Source: Rotaria socialis (lineage: Eukaryota). Taken from it: a stretch of DNA of 64,000 nucleotides. Under the pieces are notes generated by a model, which worked only from the letters and a program-made list of their open reading frames with translations, was not told where the DNA came from and made no database searches. A program made the position numbers and the translations under genes. The stretch is from positions 1 through 64,000 of the forward strand of contig CAJNYD010000390.1 of assembly GCA_905331295.1 (NCBI GenBank), written 5' to 3'. Shown here piece by piece: positions 52,786 to 64,000 of the stretch. The stretch's first letter is position 1. Each line of letters opens with the position of its first letter.

Positions 52786-54305
52786 TTAGGAACTTTCAAT
52801 AGGAATGGTTGGTATTATATTTATTTCAGTTTGCTTCTGTCTTAACGATGGTCCTTGTATTTGTGACATTTTTTTAGGTAGATTCATATCAACAATGCCA
52901 TGTGCCACATTATCTAAGCCTCGCACTTGTTCCAATCGATTTATGCGAATACCGAATGTAAAATGCATTGGCAATAAAATTGCTGCCGTACATACAGTAG
53001 AAAAAGAAACTACGACTACTATTCCTACCAGTTGATATCCTAATTGAATAGGGTTACCATAAAAGGCACCATTTACAACACCACTATTAACATCAGTTTG
53101 AATGAATAATCCAGTCATGACAGTTCCTATAAAACCGCCCAAACCATGACAACTAAATACATCGAGAGTATCATCGACATGAAAAAAACGTTTTTTTCCT
53201 GCTAAAAATAAATTGACAATAAGACCAGCACATGCACCGATTAGCATTGCATAGCCTGGTTGAACATAGCCAGCACATGGCGTTATGGCAACAAGTCCAA
53301 CGACAGTTGCTGAACAAACACCAGGAATTGATACAAAAGCATTAGGTTGACCTCTTAATTTACCATGTATAATGTCCAAAATAACCCAAATAGTCATACT
53401 TGATGCTGCAGCTACATTAGAATTAACAATAGCCAAAGCAGCAATACCTTCGAAAAAAGAATAGGAATCATAGATTTCTTGTTTATTGAAAAAAAGGACA
53501 ATTTTTTAAGAAAATTTTCTAAAAACAAACTGAACTTACCAGATGCCGCATATGCTGATCCTCCATTGAATCCCATCCATCCAACCCAAAGTAGGCCAGT
53601 ACCCACAATAGTAAATGGAATATTGGTTTGGCCAGTATTGAGTACATCTGGATCAAATTGAGCACGAGATCCCAAAATTAATGCAGCAACTAGTCCTGAT
53701 ACTCCACTAGATACATGAACAACTAACCCTCCAGCAAAATCCACAACACCCAATTGATGAAGCCAACCTAAATCATAAAAAACCCATCTTGCCAATGGGT
53801 CATAACAAAATGTCGCCCAGAGAAAAATAAAAAGCATATAGGGAATAACTTTCATTCGACCCACCACGGCACCACTAATTAAAGCCGGCGTAATAATGGC
53901 AAAGGAACACTGAAAAGCGCTAAATGCTAACGAAGGGATTGATAAGGGATTGATTTGATCCGCAGTTTCGCCATGTAAAGATACGAGACCCATTTTAAGT
54001 CCTACAGAATAAGAAAATGAACCAAATGCTGAATTTCCGGGACCAAAAGCAAACGAATAACCAAATAAACACCATTGAACAGGAATAATAGCCATACAAA
54101 CAACAGACAAAAAAAGTTGATTAAGAAAATTTTTATTTTCAACCAAACCACCATAAAAACAAGCTAATGCTGGTGTCATCATATACACCAAACCGGTAGA
54201 TGTCATACTCTAAACAAAAGACACGAACCTGTACTTTTGTTAGTGATATAAAAGTCTAACTAGTACCCATGCAGTATCACCGTGTTGGTATGAAAAATTA
54301 CTCAT
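52786..54305 (-). CDS. amt: Ammonium transporter, AmtB/Mep-type, 3 exons
   Basis: GDTAW, MTPALACFYGGLV, FQCSFAIITPALISGAVVGR, DFAGGLVVH, LLWVGWMGFNGGSA, GLVAITP, DDTLDVFSCHG (both pore His residues present); introns at ~54210-54266 and 53448-53539. Confidence 0.93.
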
Positions 54306-56849
54306 GTTTTCCTTTTAGAAAATAATACAAATATGAACACATGAGAAAATTTTCTTCTTGCTTTCTTTCACTCTAGTCTTTTTTTGATCTTTTAATTTTC
54401 CCGTCAAACACATAATACCGAAGAAATCCTCTTTCAGTTTATTGCTAAGCATCCTGCTAGGATAATGGCATTTTATAATCGCTAAATATCATGCCGCATA
54501 TTTTTCTTTATCTTGAGCTTTTAGAAGATATTATCTTCTTATACACGTTTTAAAAAGTTTCTTATTTGATGCATGTAGATTGTAGCCATATTAAAGAAAA
54601 ACTCTAAAAACACTCTATAGAAGATTTCACTTCATCAAACAAACACAGGGATTACCCTCATTCTTTATATGCATGCTGTAGAGTAAAAATAATAGAATAA
54701 AAAAATTAAATTGTTAACGTTAAGAAAGATTTTCGTAGCTTCATGAAAAAATGAATTTTTTTTCTTCAATATAGCATACCGATTTTACGATATTAATTTC
54801 TTCTGTCAAACCAAAAGAAAACCTCTGCTATGAATGTCTATTTTAACTCATAATCATATAAGAGCTGCTTATTAGTAACAACACATAATGTCGTTTAAAA
54901 AGAAAATATCATTTAAAAAAAAGCTTTCAAGAATATACGCATTTAATATCTGTTCGTAGTAAACAAGCTAGTGGTATACAGTAAAATCTCTACCCGTGAA
55001 CTTTTCCTAAATATAAAGAGTATCAAGTCTGGCGGAGCGTTTTTTTCCTGAAAACGTCTGTCTTCAATATGAACACCTTTTTTACTCATTTCCTTTGTCG
55101 TATATAACTTCTCTAATAATAACACGTGTTTTTCTCTTAATACACTACGAGTGATTAAATTTTTTGTACTATTTGACCATTGCCCGTGTAGAAGTAACAA
55201 ACGATATCACAACAAGAGTAGGATGTACAAAATTAAATTAGCTCGAAAAGTTAATATTTCGCTTGATTCTTCATCAAACATTTGAAAAGCGTAAAACAGG
55301 ATATTGAAATAATTCGGAAACAAACCAAAATCAAAATGTCCTCCTACATTATATACTTTCACACTTGTTGTAGACTGTATTTCGTCTTTATCTAGTGATA
55401 ATGTTGAAGTAATTATATTAAAACTTTTTCTTCACTTTACAATAAATTATATAGGCACTTCCTGTGATGAATGTTTTTCAAAGTTCCCGATCGTGTTCAT
55501 AATAAGGAGATTGCACTATAATCAAAAAAGAAGAAAGAGCAATCCTCTTAAATCTTTGATATAAGTAAAGCCATTATTTATTCTACAAAAACAAAGACGA
55601 ACATCACTACAAGAAAAAATGAATACAAACATAACGACATCTGTTGCACGTATGAAATTCGTGAGACGAAACGAGTTAAAATGATTATCGTTATATTTAG
55701 TACATCTTAAAAATAGCCATAGACTTTTAATCCACATCTTCGCATTTTGAAATGTAAAGTCATTTTTTTGACAGTTCCTAATGAATGAATTCAGATATAA
55801 ATCCTTTCCTTTCTTCAATCTCATGATGGCTAAGAATATATCATTAAAGAGTAACGAATTGGATTTGTCTTCACGATAGCTACAAATGACGTATGTAGCG
55901 ACTGCACAAAGACTAAGTAAATAGCGACATTGGTTCTTTCATATCGTCAGCTGGAAAAAAATCGAGTATTTGGCGCTTTGTCTTTATCTGATATTCAATT
56001 TTGATAGGCTAATATCCTGAAAATTCTTAATCAATTCAACTGACTTCAAAGAAAGGCTTATTTTTGTAGGATGACATCGAATAATTTTTAATAGAATGAT
56101 TGCGCTATTCGAGAATTCAGTGTTGTCGAAATAATTCATTACATGTCCCTAAATACGTGGCTTAATCGTGACATATGTATCACATCTAGGTCTTTTATCT
56201 TGGACTTTGTTGATAAGATATTCCAAACCTTTGGAAAGATAAAATTAGTGAAGGAAATTTTATTTTTATTCAACATGACCAGTTTACATGGGAAAAGTCA
56301 TGCTGAATTAGATGCTAAATATAGCTGCTGTCATTAAATTGAACGAAGTGTTTCTAATTTTAGTCTCAACGTACTTCGATAGTTTTTTTTAGATTTTATT
56401 CTTAATGAAATCGTGAATCATCAATTCTAGCTGGAGTTTTGCCTGCTTATCTCGATATGATTATACATATTTAATGTTGTAGAAAACTATTTTTTGAATA
56501 AGACATTTATTAATGCTTTTTTAATACGATAACAAGTATTAGCATACTCCATAAATACGCAATTCTCCCGTTTTAATATTTTATATCAGTAGGGTTATTG
56601 TGCCATTTTGATTATGATCTTGTCTTCAACTAAAGCATTTACGTGCATTAAAATTAGCTATACTATTTATTGAAGTGAAAACTTTTTCATGCGTTAATTT
56701 CATTTAACAATATGGGTCGTTGAAATCTTTTCCGATCATCAGTTTTCAACGCATTTAAAAAAGGATGCAATTAGGAATCAATTGAAATTTATTACAATCA
56801 ACAAACGTTGCTATAAGACTGATATAATGCATATCGATTTCTTTTCTTT

Positions 56850-57593
56850 TATGACATACATGCTATTTGATCACTCTTGGGTTTGCGTGTGAACTTTCTT
56901 AGTGTAACATACTCACACCCGTACACTGACGGCATGTATTTCTGAATAGCCTCAGTGAGATATGCAACAATTAGCAGAGTGCATCGATCAATATGCATAG
57001 TTAAGAAGAGCACAAGATGATAGTAGCGCACAAGAGCTTACTCAAACACTCCCTAGCTGACTGAATAGTGGCAAAATCTATTTTCACAATTATTCCTTAC
57101 GCTATCGTCCTGGTCTTGAGCCATCACTGAAAAATCATCTTTATTTCATGAGCTTTTGCGATCAGTAGATCGATCATCTATCAAAGGTAAAATTGTTCTC
57201 GATAATATTGATATCAGTCGTATCACAGTTCGTCAACTACGTTCGAATCTCGATGTTATTCCTCAACAACCTGTCCTTTTTAGTGGTGCTCTCAGATATC
57301 ATCCCGACTCATTTAACTATTACTCGGATGAACAATTATGGACAGTACTCGAAGCAGTACAGATCAAACCAATAATAGCTAAAAGTTCAAATAATCTTCT
57401 TTCGTCTGTCTTTCAATGGGGTGCAAATTTTAGTTCCGGTCAACGTCAATTGACTTGTGTTGCTCGGGTTATTCTCACAGAATGCAGAATTTTATTAACT
57501 GATGTGGCTACTAACGATCACCTACTTTTGTTGAATGATGAGTTAGTTGTTGACTATGATTCGTCATCAAAAATACGATCTCGCTTACAATAA
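56850..57593 (+). pseudogene. ABCC/MRP transporter C-terminal (NBD2) relic
   Basis: PS*LNSGKIYFHNYSLRYRPGLEPSLKN, then Walker A missing, IPQQPVLFSG, GANFSSGQRQL, degenerate Walker B ILLTDVAT; stops and deletions. Confidence 0.85.
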
Positions 57594-59019
57594 TTTTTGC
57601 ATTATAAAAGAGTAATTTCTTTTTAATTACAATGAAATAAAAATAGAAAGATATAACTATACGATATCAATCAGCCATGATAAATTACTAATAGTAATTT
57701 ACTATCATAGCTATTTAAAAAAAAGAATTTTTTGAAATCAGATTCCACACCCATGCCTTTGAATAGACGGAAAATAAATTATATTGTTTTTTAATAAAAA
57801 TTATACTTAAAACAATATTTGTATTTATTTTAAATATAAATTGTGATAAAGCAATATTCATATTTATTCAAAGTATAAATTACCGACAATTTATATTTCT
57901 TTAAAATAAATAGGAAAATCATGCCCCTAGCTCCTATTTTCATAGTCTGTTTTTTTTGCATGACAGTTACACATATTTCTCTGATATTTATAGATCCCAT
58001 TTTATGTTTTTCAGTTAGTTTACTATTTATGCTTCATTTTTTAAAGCAGTAGACGCTTGTTTTCATACATTATCTCTTTGTTGCCTTTTCATTGTATTCA
58101 TTCATAGTTAAATATAAGTATATGTTAGCTGACGAAGAATATTTGGTATTGAGTATAGTACTTGTTAGTGCTGTCCGTTATTGCGAATAATAGGACATAC
58201 AAATATTTCAATATGATTTTGATATTCTGAGTTTCCACATATCCTTCGGTGAAGTATTGCATTTTTTTATACATACAGATAACAATTGACGTAGTGATTT
58301 ATTCCAGTAAAGTAGATACAGATATCTACTGAGTAATCACTTCTTAATTCAATGTCAATCGATCGTCTTTTTATTTATTGCTTAGAGTAGAATAGAACTA
58401 TCATAGCTCACTTTATCTGATTATCTGAGTAGATATGAAGACAAATGTCATAAGTCATACTTAGGTTTTATCAATTAGTTTTTATATATTCGATATATCA
58501 GAATTTTGAGATTCACTTTGTATTTTTCCGTATATTCAAAACTTACGTGGTATGAAGAATCTGTATTCGCTTCAATTTAGCGTTATTCCAGTCATGAAAT
58601 AAAATAATAAAACTCATGTTTTTCTCTGGGAGATAAAGATACTTCTCATTCGCTATACGATAGGAGTTGGCAATAAATGTACAAAATCCTTTTTAATATT
58701 TTCTCTCGTTGTCTATGTTCTTATAATCGTCTTCTCGATTGAGTATAGGAAACTTTTCACGACAAGCTATATATGGCATGTCTAGTGATGCATCTATTAA
58801 AAAAAACTCGAAAGCAATGGATATGGCTCAAAATGAACACGTTTTACTTGAGTACACCGTTTACCAGTTAGGCGAATTTTGTTAAGTCAGAAATATTTTT
58901 ACATGCTGTTCACCGTTTGACTTTCAGCCAAGTGAATTTTGGGTAAAACGAAAACATATTTTATAGATCGAACTTATCTAAAGTTTTGCTTTAGATAAAT
59001 GATTACTGAACTTGAATTC

Positions 59020-59244
59020 TGTTATGTCTTCTTCTCGCTCACATTATTATACTCAATTATCAGCGAGACAGCAACGTGATGGTATGACAACAGAACGGAA
59101 CAAAAGGATAATCCCCCTTCGCATGGAATCGAACCATGCACCTCCTGCTTTCCGGGCAGACGTATTAACCACTGTACTAGAAAGGAGTGTGCATTATTCG
59201 TTTGTTCCGTCTTACGATCGAAGGGGAACACTTCGGTCGTAACA
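59020..59244 (-). mobile_element. Solo-LTR-like element (TGTTA...TAACA, 5-bp TSD) containing a tRNA-like gene
   Basis: AATTC at 59015-59019 and 59245-59249 flanks TGTTATG...CGTAACA. Confidence 0.8.
59113..59186 (-). tRNA. tRNA-like cloverleaf, anticodon GGA (nominal Ser), Asp-like body, non-canonical
   Basis: TCCTTTC TA GTACAGTGGTTAATAC G TCTGC CCGGAAA GCAGG AGGT GCATGG TTCGATT CCATGC GAAGGGG G; A and B boxes present; C33 instead of U33; short variable loop; TTTT 8 nt downstream. Confidence 0.8.
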
Positions 59245-59566
59245 AATTCGTTGAGTATCTTGTACCAAAACTGCGTGCTAGTTCTGATTCGTAAGGGTCT
59301 ATTTCAATCAATTAATACAAAAAAATTAATTGATTCATTTGAATTGCACACCAAACCGAGCAGAAAATGTGGAATATAGTTGTACTTTTTTTTAGGGAGA
59401 CAGCCTATTCTAGTATTGAACGAGTTAAAAATCCTTTTAAAACTTTGATCGAAAATAAACTCGCTTTTGACGGTACATATGTTTGGTTTTTATAGTGCTT
59501 AATCTCATTATAGATTGATATAGTTTTCATTGTTCCAAGAAGTTACACAAACCAGGAGTTACGAGA

Positions 59567-60100
59567 ATGCAAGTCGTATTTGCACTTTTATTTATCTTAG
59601 GTAACTCAGATTTAAATGTATGAAAAGTAATCTATGATTTAATTGAATTTCACGCATGAATAGGATGTATTTCTGTTGCGAATGGATTAAGATGTTATGC
59701 TTGCGAATCTGCCTCCACACCCAATTGTGGCGACCCGTTTAGTAGTTCGTCATTAATACCTACGAATGAAACGGCTGGTGCCGGTCAGCACAAAGTATGC
59801 ATGGTATGTTTTTCTTTCGCTTGCATGTCTTGTTCATGGCACTAACACGATCAAACTATCTTTTTATTTCTTCAGAAGGTAAAAAGTGAAATCAAAGGCG
59901 CTATCCTTGTTGTGCGCAGTGGTATACCTATTACCGAAAGATGTATCGGGGGCGGGAACGGGTGCAAATCTGTCAACAGTATTACGACATGCTGCTGTAC
60001 TTCGGACTTATGTAATAGTGCACTTTCCATTCAAAAGCAATCAGTTCGTTTCATGATCATGATAGTATCAACAGTCGTCGTCGTCTATCAGTGGATGTAA
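59567..60100 (+). CDS. Ly6/uPAR three-finger (Quiver/sleepless-like) GPI-type protein, paralogue 1
   Basis: Exons 59567-59600, 59664-59803, 59876-60100; signal peptide, LRCYACES...CGDPF...C...CCCTSDLCN, hydrophobic C-terminus. Confidence 0.9.
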
Positions 60101-62630
60101 GATATTCAGATGGTCTTTGGTTACTTTCATCAATTTATCTGAATGCTTGCTTGAGTTTGAATGGATTTTTCAATTATTTTTGTTTTAACTTCACCACTTG
60201 CTTTCCATTATTATTTTTCAATCTGCTAAACTTGCTTATTCATTTTGAAAATAAAAGAAAACGTTCTTAGATAATTTTTTTACAAAGTAAGAACTGGCAA
60301 TGACAACAGAATATCACCAGTGTAAAATGTCAGTAATTGAATGCGTACCCAGCGAGTTAGATGGACTCAACTAGGATTATTCTATTGCGGGAAAGCTTTA
60401 GAAAATTTAATTGAAAGCATTCAAGTTCCGTTTCATTAGATTTGGATCGGGACCGAAAAAGGTTGTAACCATTGACGCCTACTCCTTGGCAAAAATGGAG
60501 AGAAGAAACATATCCACAGTAGAGATACAAGCTCGAGTATTAGCCATTTTCCATATTTTCCGATTCCCATGTTAAGCGCCAGTGAATGTCAACAACCAAA
60601 ATATCAGAGCAGGAAATTGCTTTCAATAAAGAAAAATATTGGCTGAATTAAGAAACGTCTTGCGTAATGTTGAATAGGATATTATTAGTCGGTGAAGAAA
60701 ACAAGCAGATAAAACTGTCTTTGGCCGAACTATTAGTTGATTGTGTATGTTATAGTAACTAGGTAAAGCAAGAACATCATCGGAAAGCTATTTTTCCTGA
60801 TCGACCAAGAATTTTGTTGAATGCGATTTGACACAGTGGAAGCAAACGGAATGGAAGTAAAACTAGTTTTAACTGTATGCATGCATTATCTACACAAAAG
60901 TGATCGTGATGGACTGTATCTTACACATAAAGGATCTTTTAGATATACGTATATACAAAGACGAACAACTAAATAAAAATAGAATGTAATTTGCTCTCAT
61001 GGCCACGATTATGGATGAGATATTAAATGGAATTATTTTAAATAAATGAGTAAAATGATTGACGATCTTGTTTTAGGCTGTAACTATCTAACGATGATAT
61101 AATGATACAGTTAACTGTGATTTGTTGAATCAGAAACATGTTTTTTTGCTTCTCCTTTTATAAGGAATCGGATACTACAATAAAATTATTTTCATTAAGA
61201 ATTTAACTTTTTTGCGCAAAATCTTTATCTGAAAAAGTTAGATATCTTTGCAGTAGAACTACAAACAATAAGTACAATAAAGATCGCTGGCAAAGCTAAT
61301 ATCACTATGGTACTAAGATATTTCACATTGTCATGGTAGGGTCAAATCCAAGATCTCTTCGAGAAAAGATTCAAATCTTTTTCGCCATTTATTTGTTTTT
61401 ATGAAGCGTTGCCTAAGAAAGTTAAAGGCAAACAAATAAATACTTAGTCAATAAAATATAGTCGTCATTCTCTTTATGTGGAAGAATTTTCAGTATTTTT
61501 GTGTTCTACGTCAGGAAGGAGCGTGAGCTTACGCGGCTTATAATGACAATGAAAAATGTCTGTACATTTCCATCCAGCTAATTTCTGTATATGTTTTATC
61601 AGCCAATATTTGTATCTAATCACATGATCTTTTTAACTCTCTTTTTTCCTTCTTACAGTAATCGGTAAGGTAAGTTTACAAAATATTCAAGATCACATTT
61701 CATAATCGTATTAGTGAATATAAATATCAAGTGCATAAGAGAGAGGTTGAAATAAAAATCTACAGTAAAAGAATTCTTTTTCCATAGAGATCAAATGACA
61801 GTTCGCTATGAGATCCCACAGCCATCATCACTTTAGAAGAATTCAGTATGTTGAGTGGCGCACTTTTGAATAGATTTCATAAATAGAGTCTTTCATTTGC
61901 ATGTTTAAATGAGTATTTCTTCATTTTCTATTCTCTCTGCTATTAACATTCTCATTTACTTTTAAGTCAAATAGACATGGACTGATTGTACTTTATCTAT
62001 GATGTTCATATGGCTATTTATGTGTTAGAGTCAGATAGAATTACGATTGTCTAGTTTTTCTAGTTATATCCGTAGAGATGAGAAACAATTATACACACAT
62101 ATAGTATTTCTAAACGTTTGTAATCCTCTTGTCCTCTTTTTCCACATAATATGCAGTGACTATAGATAAATAGCTGAGCCTATTATCTAGAAGAATAATT
62201 ATAATTCACAGAGCTGCACAGTTTGACAAAAAGTTGAGATAAACTGTCATTAAAATAAAATCAGATGATCCTCTTGCAACGATATCAGCTGTTGTTTTGT
62301 TAATGATCTCTTAGCGCATCAATCAAGAGTTCAAATTTAATACGAGTTTGTAGAGAAGAAAAGTATAACTATTAGTTCATTTAGTAAAAATTGTAACAAT
62401 CCGAATCTGCGAAGCACAGATATATAATTGATTCAAATACACGATTGAAATTCACAACAATAATCTATTCGTAGAAAAGCTTTAGTACGTTCGCATCGTC
62501 TAAATATATGCATTTTTTCCCGATTTTCTTTTCGTGTGAATTTAGACGTCTTTTTTTTATATTATTTTGTGCACTAGATATATCTCATTTTCATCATCAG
62601 AAGAAATAATATCACACAAGAACAACTAGC

Positions 62631-63163
62631 ATGCAGTCTATAGTACTTCTTCTATCTATCCTAGGTAATTAAGTTTTAAATCAATCGATCAATATCATTT
62701 TATTGAGTTTGATGTATAAATAGGATGTATCTACATCGTTCATGGATTAGAATGTTATTATTGTGAAAGCGACGTAAACTCGGGTTGTGGTGATCCGTTC
62801 AATGCAAGTGCCATGAATGACGACAACACGGATGACGATACTACCTTTATAGCGTGTGTGGTATGTTCTTTTGATTTTCTTCTCTACTTCATGGCGCTAA
62901 AACTCATAAATCGTTTTCTTTTTTTCCAGAAAGTAAAGAGTGAAAGCAATGGCATTTTCAGCATATCACGTCGTGGTGTAAATACAACTGGCGACTGCTC
63001 TGGAGATGTGAATGGCTGTAAGTCACAAAATATAAATGGTGTAACTAGTTCTACATGCTGTTGCACTACGAAGTTATGTAACAGTGCATCTTCGCTTCAA
63101 AGCCTATCGGTTATTTCTATGGCCATAATTCTACCAATTGCTCTTGTCTATCAGTTGATTTAA
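62631..63163 (+). CDS. Ly6/uPAR three-finger GPI-type protein, paralogue 2
   Basis: Exons 62631-62664, 62724-62860, 62930-63163 with the same intron positions as paralogue 1; IRCYYCES...CGDPF...CCCTTKLCN plus hydrophobic tail. Confidence 0.9.
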
Positions 63164-64000
63164 GCAATACACGTTGCTCTCAATTTATCTTAACAATTCC
63201 ATGAAGTGGAATAGACTTTTTGATCTTTTTCGTTTTCAATTCATTTCTTCTCAACACTGATTTTTTTCTATTGTACCTTTGAAATCTTTTCAAATCTTCT
63301 AAACGTGCTATTTCTATCTGAAAATAAATTTCTAGCTCCCAAATCGATTTTGTATTGCTCTGTGAACATTTGAATGTAATGCTGTCAAAGAAAACAATCA
63401 TTCGCGTTAGACAGATGTCTAACAAATCCTACCTGTGGAAAGTGAGAGTATGAATGTTGATATCTAATTAACGCAACGACAAGATCAACAACAATGTTCA
63501 TATAGTTTGGTGTAAGTATTTAAAAGAGCAAATCAACTTTCTTATGATGCCAATTTTTCACATTAGACGGTCCCCGTCTCCAGTTGTGATTAGCATCGAT
63601 AAGCGGAGCATCCTAAATGAAACAAATTCTTTGTGTCTTTGATGAAGCTATAGGTTTTTTAATGCATGCTACTAATCAACTGCGCTTACGATGTATGCCA
63701 TTACTTTTCTCACGCAGTTTCATGTGTATGTTAGTTATCTATCAAACGTGTATTGATATTCTTCATTGAAACACACTTCAAAAGATTCACAAAGTTAAAT
63801 TATGAGAAGAAATATCGGCGATACATTTGGTGTCTTTTCATAAAGGTTTATCAACGCTTTCCTTTCTGCGCAAAAATATAGTCCACGATGGAATAAGTTT
63901 GATTACCGACTGATAGCCGAAAGTTAGTTTGAAGCTTGATAGCGATTCTATTGTAAGATGGATTTTAATCGCCAAAAATAAATATAATTCATGATCGATC

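Overview
AT-rich eukaryotic genomic DNA with short GT-AG introns, most consistent with a bdelloid rotifer (inferred from the F-box and intronless GPCR families, fungal- and microbial-type genes, and TGTGGG tracts). A conserved intron-rich core (ISWI 38.1-42.6 kb; ARID3/dead ringer 44.9-50.1 kb) lies between two accessory zones rich in MITEs, transposase relics (MULE, pogo), solo LTRs, pseudogenes (carboxylesterase, F-box, ABCC) and probable horizontally acquired genes (fungal-type KEX1 carboxypeptidase, AmtB/Mep-type ammonium transporter with introns, pentapeptide-repeat protein, Methyltransf_22-like gene). Most striking is a 225-bp TG...CA element with a 5-bp target-site duplication (59020-59244) that carries a complete tRNA-like cloverleaf (anticodon GGA) clamped by inverted repeats. 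Also notable are a small secreted protein with a gamma-carboxylase-propeptide/Gla-like motif and a dispersed element built from telomere-like TGTGGG repeats. Single 'n' bases at 2095, 5084 and 47585 are probably scaffold joins.
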